Assembly: GCA_964016885.1 (NCBI GenBank)
Contig: OZ024750.1
Location: forward strand, 45,570,001-45,634,000
Reading direction: 5' to 3'
DNA: 64,000 bases
DNA from: Eledone cirrhosa
Lineage: Eukaryota
Part shown: positions 13,188 to 25,722 of the stretch, in pieces
Position numbering within the stretch: position 1 is the stretch's first letter
Layout: the number at the start of each line of letters is the position of its first letter
Made by a program: the position numbers and the translations under genes
Notes under the pieces: generated by a model
Database searches by the model: none
What the model was told of the DNA's origin: nothing
Seen by the model: only the letters and a program-made list of their open reading frames with translations

Positions 13188-13714
13188 CAGAGGTTCTCAA
13201 AGTGGCCGCTACCACCGAGAGGGGGGGGGGAGAAGGTCCAGGGGACGGTAAAGGTGATATAATAGGATATCAAATATTAAATGATACATATTATATATGA
13301 ATATAGTAAAACATAGTGAAGGCGTGTGGCTGACTGGTTAGAGATTTGGATTCGCAATTGTGAGGTTGTGATTTCGATTCCCGGACCGGGCGATGCGTTA
13401 TGTCCTTGGGCAAGACACTTTATTTAACGTTGCTCTTTCTACCTGGAGTTGCGACCAATAGATAGAATTAGCAATTGGAAAGACCCATGGAAACATAGCT
13501 TCCTCGGTCCGATTTGATGAAAGTCGATTGACTATCGATAGTAAAATAAAAAGATATATAATTTCCGTTTATACGTAGTATATATTATTTTATTTATTAT
13601 ATATAAATTAACTATGTTATATGTTATTTACATTTTGCGGCTATGCAGGTCTCTCTGGAAATAGCTGTGGGGGCGCTGAGAAGGGCGGTGGCCCAAAACG
13701 TTTGAGAACCTCTG
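13188..13714. mobile_element. Non-autonomous hAT (Charlie-like) DNA transposon / MITE
   Basis: 14-bp TIRs CAGAGGTTCTCAAA / TTTGAGAACCTCTG. Perfect 8-bp TSD CTTTAAAA (13180-13187, 13715-13722). Confidence 0.9.
13318..13440 (+). mobile_element. Second tRNA-derived SINE family (head and core) nested in the hAT element; decayed relative near 40535-40640
   Basis: A-box-like TGGCTGACTGG, B-box-like GATTTCGATTCC, then TGTCCTTGGGCAAGACACTT. Confidence 0.65.
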
Positions 13715-14069
13715 CTTTAAAAGAATAAGGGGGTGACATCATTACTAATTTGAGGTTTTGAATCAGGTGAATGTAATCAAAGGTACACGTGTACCTTTAA
13801 AAACACCTTAATACACAGCGTATATCATGGCAGAAACTAATTCATAGATCGATCACATGTGCATTGATCCATGACATTAGATGCTTAGGAAAATGACAAA
13901 TATAATACTGTTTATATCAACAGATATCAAGTTACCTTCATGTATACCTGTTGTCTGTTAGTAGATATAATATCAACCTATGTCTGATTGGCTGATTTCA
14001 CTAAGTAATTAACACAACCAAATAAGAACGTAGGTATGAACGCACACGACTCTATGTAGAAGTAGACAC

Positions 14070-14113
<44 letters not shown>

Positions 14114-14116
14114 CTG

Positions 14117-14154
<38 letters not shown>

Positions 14155-14347
14155 GGAAAATGTTTAACCCGACGGCAGAGCTCAAGCCGTTTCGACGGCT
14201 ATTTCTGAAATAGCCGTCAAAACGGCTTGAGCTCTGCCGTCGGGGTTAAGCATTTTCCTATTACCCACTCTACTACCCTAAGTATCGAGTACTCTGGTGT
14301 GTTATGGTCCATCTGGTCCTTACCACACCTCTTTTGTTATACATATG

Positions 14348-14378
<31 letters not shown>

Positions 14379-14419
14379 GGAGATAAAGAGAGATGGAGAG
14401 AGAGAGAACGAGAGAGAGT

Positions 14420-14458
<39 letters not shown>

Positions 14459-14461
14459 GGG

Positions 14462-14492
<31 letters not shown>

Positions 14493-14578
14493 GAAAGAAT
14501 GTGGTAACATACCAGGTGTACCAGTTCGGATCTAGTTGTCGAAACAGTCGGAGCTCAGCCGTCGGGGTCCTGAATCTT

Positions 14579-14580
<2 letters not shown>
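14155..14580 (+). mobile_element. Family A fold-back copy (14155-14340) and family A' inverted chimera (14490-14580)
   Basis: GACGGCTATTTC-t-GAAATAGCCGTC centre, and the 3' tail CCTATTACCCACTCTACTACCCTAAGTATCGAGTAC. Confidence 0.75.
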
Positions 14581-14618
<38 letters not shown>

Positions 14619-14627
<9 letters not shown>

Positions 14628-15050
14628 TATATAAGAACAAAAGATGGTTAAAGGAGTTCCATGTATTTTATTATGCGCATTTCAAAAACAAATATCATCA
14701 TGCAATAATATTTGTGTTTTCATCAGATAAAACAGGAGGACATGATATGAAGGCTAAAAAACAGTTGTGGATTGTTCAGTTTTAAATCAACATATGTTGA
14801 TTTAAAACTGAACAATCCACAACTGTTTTTTAGCCTTCATATCATGTCCTCCTGTTTTATCTGATGAAAACACAAATATTATTGCATGATGATATTTGTT
14901 TTTGAAATGCGCATAATAAAATACATGGAACTCCTTTAACCATCTTTTGTTCTCATATATTATTTATACTCCAGTCCTACAAACTGTAGAGTGCTTCTTA
15001 TCCGATATCTGCATTGCTTTATTGTACTACAATAAAACTCACCTCCTACA
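14619..15050 (+). mobile_element. Family B fold-back element: spacerless palindrome with ~175-bp arms plus 3' tail
   Basis: Centre CAT|ATG at 14793/14794, arms 14619-14793 and 14794-14968, flanked by (TA)n. Confidence 0.9.
14853..14923 (+). ncRNA. Type I hammerhead ribozyme (family B); mirror copy on minus strand at 14664-14734
   Basis: TGTTTTAT CTGATGA aAACACAAATATTAT..ATGATATTTGTTTTT GAAA TGCGCA TA ATAAAATA. Intact core and palindromic stem III. Confidence 0.85.
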
Positions 15051-15074
15051 TATATATATATATATATATAGGAA

Positions 15075-15157
15075 CCAGTTTTACCCACTCTACTACCCCA
15101 AGTATTGAGTACTTTGGTGCGTTATGGTCCACCTGGTTCCTTACCACATTTCCTTCG

Positions 15158-15160
<3 letters not shown>
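15075..15160 (+). mobile_element. Family A 3'-end fragment
   Basis: TTACCCACTCTACTACCCCAAGTATTGAGTAC..CCTTCGTT(AT)n. Confidence 0.7.
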
Positions 15161-15219
<59 letters not shown>

Positions 15220-15438
15220 CGACAGTAGCACTGAGATAAACTTAATTATAATATACCGGTGTATACAAAATAATATACTATCTGTGTTCATGTAATATAC
15301 CCATAAGAGCTTCGCTGTTCACAGACATTAGAGAGAAAAATAATTTTATCATAACCAAATTTTTTTTTTTTTATATCAAACGAGCCTGTCATGGGTCTAT
15401 TGAATATTAGTGTACAGTATACGCTTTCATAAGCATCG

Positions 15439-15489
<51 letters not shown>

Positions 15490-15534
15490 TCTCTCTTTCT
15501 CCCCCATCCCCCCTCTCTATATCTATCTATTTCG

Positions 15535-15578
<44 letters not shown>

Positions 15579-15629
15579 GTATATATATATATATATAATT
15601 AAATATAACCTCTGCACATATATATAGTG

Positions 15630-15690
<61 letters not shown>

Positions 15691-15776
15691 TATATATATA
15701 TACACAGACACACGTACGCACACATATATATATATATAAATACATATATATATATACACAAACATACACACATATA

Positions 15777-15842
<66 letters not shown>

Positions 15843-16313
15843 TGGTTACACAACAGTTAGTTCACCATACTGTAGAAATGTACAGGTAAATTTATGCGCA
15901 TGAGTTTTTTAAAAAGGCCAATTTTTGCCACGTTTGAGCAAGTAGAAATTGTGGTTATATCAGGATTTCTTTAGTTTTAACCGCAAAAGGTGATACAATT
16001 TGGGTTGAAGAAGTGAGGCCTCGCTCACCATGCCTCTTGATCTAAATAAATGTAGGTGTTCATATAACCGCCTTTTAATCTTATGCCAGTGAGGCCTTTT
16101 CAGTGCAATTGTTCGCATATTTTAACAGTTCTTTTTTATGTTTTTTTTTTTTTATAATAGAAATTGTAGCATTTCAATTCGTTGAAATGATTACTGAGAT
16201 TGAAAGATTGACTTAAAGCCTTAAATGTATGATCTAATAATTGAAGTCAGGAAAATAGTAAGTATAAAAGAGAAAACGTAAGAAGGAAAATATAGATCAA
16301 AATTACAGGAGTA

Positions 16314-16424
16314 ATTCTAATTTTAGTCACAAAACCGGGAAGTTTATGAAAAGGGCAAAGTAGATTAAATCAATCTAATTTGCCCTTTTCATAAACTTCC
16401 CGGTTGTGTGACTAAAATTAGAAT
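16314..16424. repeat. Inverted repeat, 53-bp arms and 5-nt loop
   Basis: ATTCTAATTTTAGTCACAAAACCGGGAAGTTTATGAAAAGGGCAAAGTAGATT / AATCTAATTTGCCCTTTTCATAAACTTCCCGGTTGTGTGACTAAAATTAGAAT. Confidence 0.9.
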
Positions 16425-16429
16425 GATCT

Positions 16430-17005
16430 CTTTCTTTCTTCTTCTTCTTCTTCTTCTTCTTCTTCTTCTTCTTCTTCTTCTTCTTCTTCTTCTTGTTATC
16501 CAAACATCTTGCTCGGGGTCTACTCCTGGGTCTCCTGCCGCTAGGGTTTGCCCGTAAAAACTGTCCAGCGATTCTTTCCTGAGCCATTCTAACCACATGA
16601 CCATAGTATCGGAGCTATGATCTCTCAATTCGCAGAAGTAGCGGCCGTACCTGGAGTGACTCTCTTATCGCCGACCTACGCACATTATTGAGCAACGTTA
16701 CTCCACTGACGCTTCGGAAGAATCCCATTTCGGTCTATTGAATTTGCGATCGTATATTTTCGGTCAATACACAACATTTATGACCGCAGGCAAGGGTTGG
16801 CTCGAATACCAAATTGAAAATAGCGACTTTGACTGTTACGCATACCTCCATTTTTCTGATGTCAGAATGCTGAAGCTGGCGCATTACTACACCAATTCTT
16901 GAAATTTATTCTGCCTCCTGGTGTCCTTCACACGTGAACCGGGACCGAAGATACTTGAACTTATCTACCTGCTTCAGTGGGACTCCATTTATATGTAAAA
17001 TGCAC
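16430..17005 (-). mobile_element. Decayed RTE-type LINE 3' end with (AAG)n tail
   Basis: Minus-strand peptide remnants ..EQVDKFKYL.. and HVVRM..PSGRRPRSRPRARCLD, followed by (AAG)n at 16430-16495. Confidence 0.75.
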
Positions 17006-17059
17006 TACTATAGAACGGCTACCTGATATAATGGCTAGTTACGATATAAACGGGCAACT

Positions 17060-17760
17060 ACCGGACAAATAAACAACCTCGGACCAACAGCGGTAAAAGT
17101 ACTAGGAGAGATGGAGCAGTTGGTGACACCTGTAGTTTCACAAGAAAACTCTCACAGCCCTGTGACGTAGCTATGATGAGGCGAATAAAGGCCACCTCTA
17201 AAAGAACTTTGCTTTCCTGGTCACGAATAAAACCATTGAAACTGAAACTCCAATATAATGAGGAAAACAAAAGAGTACCATACCTCATCTTCCTTCGCGT
17301 GGGTTAACGAGGGACGCGTTCAGGCCTTAGGTAGAGGGGCCTGTTCCAAAAATAAATTGCAGTCCCCATTTAAGGCCACAAAAACCGGCGATGGGACTGA
17401 AACTTGTCCTGGGTGACGTGGGATAGACTGGCATATATTGCGTATCCCGAGTCGACAATGAGGGTCCGGAAGGGAGTATACATTGACAATTGGAACCTGG
17501 AACATCACAACCTTTAGAGCAAGAGCTAGTGGAGGAGGCTAGATGCTAGCGCTAGATATAGTTAGGGTGTCTTCAACAAAGTTCCGTGGTTCTCATACTG
17601 TACCAGATTTACAGAGAAGATGGAAACTCTACTATTCAGGTGTGGCGCCAGAAATGACTGCACAAGTGGGAGTGGGGATACCCACAAGCCTCGCGGCTCT
17701 CAGATTGGATTATGAACTGGATCTCATCAGAAGGGAAAGTTTACCTCTTCAAACTGAAAT
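17060..17760 (+). mobile_element. Decayed LINE 5' region with APE endonuclease N-terminus
   Basis: TIGTWNITT at ~17486, then LDIV.VSSTK..WKLYYSGV..AQVGVGI. Confidence 0.7.
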
Positions 17761-18083
17761 GTTTCTGTTCTTCACACTAAAGCATATGTCTCTCTCTCTA
17801 CAGTGTCCTTATTTATACCCCGTGATGTTTCTCAATTTCGAAGTATCGGCATAGCAGGATTTATAAGTATGGTTTCCACGGTGTTTTCCTACTGAAATTT
17901 CATTTGTTTAGAAACCATTGCTGGTGATCACAGCTCTAGTTTCTTATTGTCATGTTTGTTAGTTTCCTATTTTATTTGACAGATTCTCTACAGCACCGTA
18001 TATACCTCTTTTGTTCCATGTTCTACTCGTTTCATTTCATTTGATAACTTCTCTCTCTCTCTCTCTCTCCCCCCTCTCCCCCC

Positions 18084-18121
<38 letters not shown>

Positions 18122-18123
<2 letters not shown>

Positions 18124-18294
18124 ACGAAGGAGGTTTGGTAAGGAACCAGATGGGCTATAACGCACTAGAGTACTCAATACTTAGGGTAGTAGAGTGGGTA
18201 ATAGGAAAATGTTTGACCCCGACGGCAGACCTCAAGCCGTTTAGTCAAGAAATAGCCGTCGAAACGGCTCGAGCACTGCCGTAGGGGCCAAACA

Positions 18295-18300
<6 letters not shown>
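18122..18300 (-). mobile_element. Family A fold-back copy
   Basis: Same tail and inverted GAAATAGCCGTCGAAACGGC arm, between (TA)n tracts. Confidence 0.75.
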
Positions 18301-18325
<25 letters not shown>

Positions 18326-18393
18326 GCAAACACACACACGTACACACACACACAAACAAATATATATATATATATAAACATATATATATATAC

Positions 18394-18478
<85 letters not shown>

Positions 18479-18631
18479 AATGTCTGACGGGTATTTCCTT
18501 TGTCAGGTGTATATAAATACAAAAAAAAATAAAACAAGAAGACTTATTCAGGTATTATGACGCACTAGACCGCGTGAAGTTCATTATATATACCAACATA
18601 TACACACATAAACACAGGCATACACAGACAC

Positions 18632-18687
<56 letters not shown>

Positions 18688-19071
18688 CTGAGTTTGTGTG
18701 TGTGTGTGTGAGAGTGTGTGTGTGTCTGTATGTAATATATTTCTTTTTGACAGCTGCTGTGTCACAGATTATTAAATGACCGTATTAACAAAACTAAATG
18801 TAAATGAAAACTCTGTGAATGAAAGCATTACTTTTGACAGTAGGCAGGAGTTAGAAAAACAATCAGACCCATTTAGAAACATTCTCCTCAAACCCTGACA
18901 GCTTTTGTTGCTATTAAGTTACAGGTAAGGATTTAATAACGAAACGACAATCACATCGAAAATGAGTTTATATATATTTGTGTATACCTATTAATATTAT
19001 ATCATATTTTGTATGGAGATTCAAGTGTCGACGTATGCATATACATACACACTCACATACACACACACACA

Positions 19072-19183
<112 letters not shown>

Positions 19184-19192
19184 CAAGTATGT

Positions 19193-19243
<51 letters not shown>

Positions 19244-19244
19244 C

Positions 19245-19295
<51 letters not shown>

Positions 19296-19503
19296 CCACC
19301 CATACACACACACATACACACATATGTGTGTGTGATATGTGTCTGCGTAAATTAGAATCAGTCGTGAAGATATGATTATTTTCTAAGAAGGCCACCCACT
19401 CTTTAATAAATATTTCCGTTATGTTTTCTAATTCTATAAATTGTATATTGTATCACACATGAAAACCACTCTACCCTCTCTACGACTACAATGTTGTGTT
19501 CAT

Positions 19504-19633
<130 letters not shown>

Positions 19634-21832
19634 CCTCTCTCTATATATCTCTCTCTAACCGTTTCTGTCTGTATCATTGATACATATTAGATATTTACTT
19701 CTTTGCTTATAGTTTGTATAACGAAGTTTTACAGCATACACCAAGTCTTTCACCAACTCCCATGTCTTATGTTGTCTACAGCAGGCCTCTCAATCTCAAA
19801 AGCGCCATTATTTAATTTGGAAGATACACAGACGGTCAAAAGTTAAATGACGTGTGAGGCATGATATCCACTAGGTATAATGTTAATCTGCAAACAAAAC
19901 TGATTGGTTGCTATTTATTTATTTTCCGACAAAATTAATAGGCATATGATAGTAAATGTGACATGTGAATTTGTACAAAATTAGGGGAACAAATTTTCCG
20001 TTTCAAACTTTCATTAAATCCGATTTTACTTTTAATAAAGTTTTTGTTGCATTTTCACGTTTGAAAAATTCAATTTTTTTCTATCTCTATCTAATCATCT
20101 CTCACTCTCTGTTTCACACACCCACAATTACAAACTCATCTAATTAATATGTTAACAAAAAAAAAAAAATAATAATCAATGCAGTACCTCTATCTTTCTT
20201 TTTCTCTGTAGAAAGAATGAACCAAATTCTGGTGAGAAGTTAAAAACCAATGAAACTAGTGAAACTTATACTTCAGTCCATTCTGAGGAGAAACAACTGT
20301 GGTTAATCATGGGCTATGGTTTCAATGTTCCTTTGTGTATGTTAATAAACTTACACATGTCTACACACGTATCGATAATTGCTTTCTTTTCGAAAATATT
20401 TCGAAATTTCTATTTCTTGAACTTTGTTTATGTAAAATATTAAGTGAAGACTTTGGTCTATTAACTTCTGTCAATGATCGCGCTTTCACCTTTTTATACC
20501 TGTTTTAAATTAGGAATTCTTCTTCTTTTCGTATCTTCGAAGCATGACAGTTTCCCATTTCTTTACACAGTCCTTTGCATTATTATTAAATTCTGCGAGA
20601 TCTTTTAAGCTGCACTGGTTGGGTAGTAGAGGGCAACCAAGGCAGTGCTGCATCGTATGGCCCTCCTCTCCGCATTCGCAGATGGTTGGGCCATAGCAAA
20701 TAGAAAACCGTAAGTTTCGATGTTTGTGTTTTATGAAATTAAAATTGCAAGTGGACCGTTAAGGAAAGTAGAGTTTAACTTTAGTTCTAAAACTTTGGTA
20801 GAGTGGATGAGTATATCAAAGAGGAGGAAGTTTATGTACGAACTTATGTGATTGACAATGACCAATTTCAGTCTATGATTTAAGCGAAAACAAATAAAAC
20901 ATCTCGAAAAGATCTAAAGGTTGACCATTCAACAGAAGGTCGACATTTTCATCACACAACAGAGTCAAATGGTATCTCTCTCTATATATATATGTCGTGT
21001 TGATTGAAAGAAGACAAATAAATTAAATCTCTTACAATGTATTTACGGCGCATTTTTCTACAAAAAAGACCACCCCTTCCTCGCTCATATTTTTAACTTT
21101 TGAAGAAGGGTATATTCAATTGGATAACTAAGGGTTTCTAAACAGTGACTGGACGAAAGTAAAGCACTGAGACATTCACAAATTGAAGCTGGATACAAAA
21201 TGTTACAGTTATTATTCGGGTGTCAGTATAAGGAATCATCCATTTTTGTTTCTGGAATGTTGAAACCATATCAATAAATATGTATTGCCAATAAATCGAC
21301 AATATTTGACAAAACACTGCAAAACCTTTCCAATATTGGTCCCCACGACAATATCCAAATATATCTTGCAAGGACTCTTTAGAAATTACACTATCTGATC
21401 TAAGAAACACTACCTCACGCATCTTATACCCAAATAGCTCACCGGCCGAATATTGATATTTCAAAAATATTGCTAAGACATTTACTGAAAAAAAATTTGA
21501 ATAAACTAGGAATAGCGTTAAAAACCTAGGAAGATTTCATCCCTTTCAGGATTCTAAAATATAGTAATATCGAAATATATACTGTAGTTGTTGTTGACAA
21601 AAATGTGTAAATTGTAATGATTATTCTTTCGGTTAATAAAATTTATAATTAGCTGCGATATTTTATATAAAATTTAATTATGAAAAACCGTAAATAGTTT
21701 TACATCAGCCTGAGAGTTAACCACGTATGTGTATTTATGTATATGACTACTAACATACAGACTAATTTACAAAGTGAAGTGAAATTGTAATTATGAAAAC
21801 ACACAAACACACACAAACACACACGCACACAC

Positions 21833-21963
<131 letters not shown>

Positions 21964-22309
21964 TGTGTATGTGTGTGTATGTAATGCATACCTATATATG
22001 GTGAACATCAAAGAATTTAACTGCTGTGATTTACCAAAGGAGATTAATCATTTTAAAAGGTATCTATATTTGAAGTTCTAGTCAAACTTTAATTAGTTAC
22101 CTACCTAGCTATGTGTGCTTACATTCTTTACAAATTATTCCCTGTGATTGTTTCATGTATTTATTTGATATATATATGTCAATCTATTTCTAGTTGATAT
22201 GTAATGCTCGGATATAAACTTTGAGCTTATTCTACGGTGGATATGGCGCATGTCTCTCAGACATGACAACCCTTAATTTTAATTTTGTATATATATATAT
22301 ATTTTTTTT

Positions 22310-22385
22310 TTTATTAAAATAACAGATTAAAGTTTAAGCAAAGAATCGCTGCTTTCACCCTTATCGGGCGTCTTCGGAATTTTAG
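22310..22385 (-). mobile_element. Family M fragment with degenerate hammerhead core; fold-back copy at 26850-27050
   Basis: AAAATAACAGATTAAAGTTTAAGCAAA..AATCGCTGCTTTCACCCTTA is shared. Minus strand C(C/A)GAAGA-ccc..ggg-t-GAAA. 26958-27048 is an inverted repeat. Confidence 0.55.
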
Positions 22386-22582
22386 TCTTCACATTTATTA
22401 TTATTACTATATATATTATTATATATAGTAATATTTACTATATTATTATTACTATATATATTATTTACTATATTATTATTACTATATATATTATTTACTA
22501 TATTATTATTACTATATATATTATTATATATAGTAATTATTACTATATTATTATTATTACTATATATATATATATATATAGT

Positions 22583-25228
22583 AATAATAAGGACTTCCTA
22601 ATCATTGCAGGAGATTTTAACGGACACGTAGGTAAACACTGCGACGGCTTCAATAGAGTACATGGAGGCCATGGAGTTGGCACAAGGAATGAGGAAGGAT
22701 TCAGACTTCTAGAATTCTGCGACGCCAATGACATGTCGATATGTAACACAAACTTTAAAAAACCCGACAACCACCTGATCACCTATAGATCAGGGGAGCA
22801 CTCTAGTCAGTTAGATTTTATCCTCATCAGAGGACGTGACAGATGGACGGTCGTAAACACAAAAGCCTTCCCTAGTGAGGAATGTACATCCCAACATAGC
22901 TTAGTTGTCAGCGACCTCACGGCCAGAACTAGACGAGCCCTGAAACAGAGGCCAACCTGGAGAAGAAAGATCTGGAAGCTGAAAGTCCCCTCAACCAGTA
23001 ACAGATTTAAAGATATTTTACTCAACGCCTACGACAGTAAAGAAGAACAGATAGAGACATTTAACGTAGAAGAGAACTGGGAGTTCCTAAAAAATAACTT
23101 ACTAGAGGCGACGGATGAGGTTTGTGGCTGGAGTAAGACCTCAAGCAGGAGGAGAGTGACTTGGTGGTGGAACAATAAGGTAGATGAAGCAGTCAAGGCC
23201 AAGAGACAGGCATGGAAAGAATGGAAGAACGGGGGGAGCAGGGTACATTACATAGAGACCAAGAGGGAAGCTAGGCGACAAGTATACTTAGCTAGGAGGG
23301 AAGCAGAGGATAGAAAATTCAAGCATGTTTTACAACGTGAGGACCAGAAACAGGAGGTATTCAAGATTGCGAGGCAGTGTGTCAGAGATAGTTGTGATGT
23401 CATTGGAGAGAAGTGTATCCGGAATGATAAAGGTGAGCTTGCCCTCACAAGTGCTGAGAAGAAAGATGCATGGAAGAGTCATTATGATAGATTACTAAAT
23501 GAGGAGAATGCATGGGAAGAAGAGACCCTACCCCACGTAGACCCTATAGAGGGACCAGCAGTACAAGTCAGCGGCAGCGTAGTAAGTAAGGCAATCAGAG
23601 ATATGAAGATAGGGAAGGCAACCGGTCCATCGGGTATAGCTGCCGAGATGCTGAAGGCATCTGGGTCTGTAGGTCACACTATAACCACACGTATCGTTAA
23701 CCAGGTAATACTAGAGGGGGCCATACCAAAAGATTGGTGCAGTAGCATCATTGTCAACTGCTACAAAGGTAAAGGCGATGCACTAGATAGAGGAAACTAT
23801 AGAGGTATAAAGTTGATGGACCAGGTCATGAAAGTAACAGAAAGAGTTATAGCACAGCTGATTAGGGACCGGGTGAATATAGACGAGATGCAATTTGGGT
23901 TTGTACCAGGGAAAGGCACCACTGATGCCCTCTTCCTTGTGAGGCAATTACAGGAAAAGTACCTAGCTAAAAGTAAGCCACTCTACTTGGCATTTGTCGA
24001 CCTTGAGAAAGCCTTTGACAGAGTTCCACGTGCAGTAATCTGGTGGGCTCTTAGAAAACTAGGAGTAGATGAATGGCTTGTGAAAGCGGTACAAGCCATG
24101 TATAGGGGAGCAGTCAGCAAAGTTAGGATTGGCAATGAGTATAGCGAGGAATTTAGCGTACAGGTTGGGGTCCACCAGGGCTCTGTTCTTAGCCCTCTCC
24201 TGTTCATCATAGTCCTGCAGGCAATAACGGAGGAGTTTAAGACCGGATGCCCATGGGAACTCCTGTATGCTGATGACCTCGCACTCATAGCTGAATCTAT
24301 GGTAGAACTAGAGAATAAATTCCAAACCTGGAAGCAGGGACTAGAGAGAAAGGGCCTCAAAGTCAACATGACAAAGACTAAGGTCCTTATAAGTAGACGA
24401 GAAAACAGAACCCAGATCCCCTCAGGGAAATGGCCTTGCTCAGTATGTAGGAAAGGTGTAGGTAGGAACTCCATTCTCTGCCCCAATTGCAAACAATGGG
24501 TACACAAGAGATGTAGCGGGATCTCAGGAAGCTTAATTAAGAATGTAGGATTCACATGCAGCAGCTGTGCTGAAACAGCAAGCAAACAGCCACAGGAAAC
24601 AAGTACCACCAATCTCTGGGAGGGCCCTGTAGAAACAGTAGACACCTTCTGCTACCTAGGTGACCGAATTAGCAACGGAGGTGGGTGCTCAGAAAGTACA
24701 ATAACTAGGGTAAGAACGGGATGGAAGAAGTTTAGGGAACTACTACCACTGCCAGCTGCAAAAGGCTTCTCCCTCAGAATAGAAGGCAGACTGTATGATG
24801 CGTGTATCCGAACAGCGATGTTACATGGTAGTGAGACCTGGGCGCTGAAGGTGGAAGACTTACGTAGATTAGAGAGAAACGAAGCCTGCATGCTCCGATG
24901 GATGTGTAACAGTAATATACGTGAACGACAAAGCATAAAGGAATTGAGAGAGAGACTGAGCATAAGAGGAATCAAATGCCGCGTGCAGGAGAGGCGGTTA
25001 CGCTGGTATGGACATGTGATGCGTATGAAGGATGACAGCTGCATAAAAAGGTGCAGAGCACTAGAAGTTGATGGAAACCGCGGAGTGGGGAGACCCAACA
25101 TGACCTGGGATGAGGTGATAAAAGCCGACCTTACCCAACTACACCTCTCAAAGTCAATGACACACGACCGTGACTTCTGGCGTCACGCAGTAATACAGGG
25201 TACCCGACCTCCCATGGGTACATGCTGA
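22583..25228 (+). CDS. LINE ORF: APE endonuclease (C-terminal half) + reverse transcriptase with inserted PHD finger (N-terminally truncated)
   Basis: Open frame from 22583. EN motifs GDFNGHVG, SQLDFIL, SQHSLV. RT motifs QFGF, FVDLEKAFDRV, GVHQGSVLSPLLF, YADD (24266-24277), YLG, HGSETW, RRLRWYGHVMR. Confidence 0.93.
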   Translation, partial: NNKDFLIIAGDFNGHVGKHCDGFNRVHGGHGVGTRNEEGFRLLEFCDANDMSICNTNFKKPDNHLITYRSGEHSSQLDFILIRGRDRWTVVNTKAFPSEECTSQHSLVVSDLTARTRRALKQRPTWRRKIWKLKVPSTSNRFKDILLNAYDSKEEQIETFNVEENWEFLKNNLLEATDEVCGWSKTSSRRRVTWWWNNKVDEAVKAKRQAWKEWKNGGSRVHYIETKREARRQVYLARREAEDRKFKHVLQREDQKQEVFKIARQCVRDSCDVIGEKCIRNDKGELALTSAEKKDAWKSHYDRLLNEENAWEEETLPHVDPIEGPAVQVSGSVVSKAIRDMKIGKATGPSGIAAEMLKASGSVGHTITTRIVNQVILEGAIPKDWCSSIIVNCYKGKGDALDRGNYRGIKLMDQVMKVTERVIAQLIRDRVNIDEMQFGFVPGKGTTDALFLVRQLQEKYLAKSKPLYLAFVDLEKAFDRVPRAVIWWALRKLGVDEWLVKAVQAMYRGAVSKVRIGNEYSEEFSVQVGVHQGSVLSPLLFIIVLQAITEEFKTGCPWELLYADDLALIAESMVELENKFQTWKQGLERKGLKVNMTKTKVLISRRENRTQIPSGKWPCSVCRKGVGRNSILCPNCKQWVHKRCSGISGSLIKNVGFTCSSCAETASKQPQETSTTNLWEGPVETVDTFCYLGDRISNGGGCSESTITRVRTGWKKFRELLPLPAAKGFSLRIEGRLYDACIRTAMLHGSETWALKVEDLRRLERNEACMLRWMCNSNIRERQSIKELRERLSIRGIKCRVQERRLRWYGHVMRMKDDSCIKRCRALEVDGNRGVGRPNMTWDEVIKADLTQLHLSKSMTHDRDFWRHAVIQGTRPPMGTC

Positions 25229-25526
25229 AGCATATAAACAATATGCCCCCCCCCCACCGCAAGGTGGTCGTGGAGGTGCCACGGCAAAAAAGCACCCAGC
25301 CCACACTGTAAAGTGGACGTGTAGGCGCCACGAAAAAGCACCCAGCACTCACTGTAAATGAGGTTGGTGTTAGGAAGGGCATCCAGCTGTAGAAATCAAG
25401 CCAGATCAGTTCCTGTATGAGCAAGGCATGGTCAGCCGACCAGACACTGCCCACAACAGGACAACCCGTCTAACCCATGCTAGCGTGGAAGAACGGACGT
25501 AAAACGGTGATGATGATGATGATGAT
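22583..25526 (+). mobile_element. 5'-truncated RTE-clade LINE with intact reading frame, ~270-bp 3' UTR and (GAT)n tail
   Basis: Starts abruptly after (TA)n inside the endonuclease domain. Ends AAAACG-(GAT)n at 25501-25526, followed by (TA)n. Confidence 0.95.
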
Positions 25527-25621
25527 ATATATATATATATATATAGGTTTATATGTGTGAGCATGTGTGTGTGTCTGCGTGTGTACGTGTGTATTTACGT
25601 AAATATTAATATATACATTCC

Positions 25622-25654
<33 letters not shown>

Positions 25655-25722
25655 GTACATTCGTATATACATATATATGTACATACATATATACATGTAT
25701 ATATATATATATACATACATAT

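Noticed and set aside
20700-21520. Possible decayed transposase
   Set aside because: Coding-like composition, but no motif or terminal repeat could be identified.
22807-25101. Minus-strand ORFs (72, 66, 220, 149 aa)
   Set aside because: Antisense shadows of the RTE ORF.
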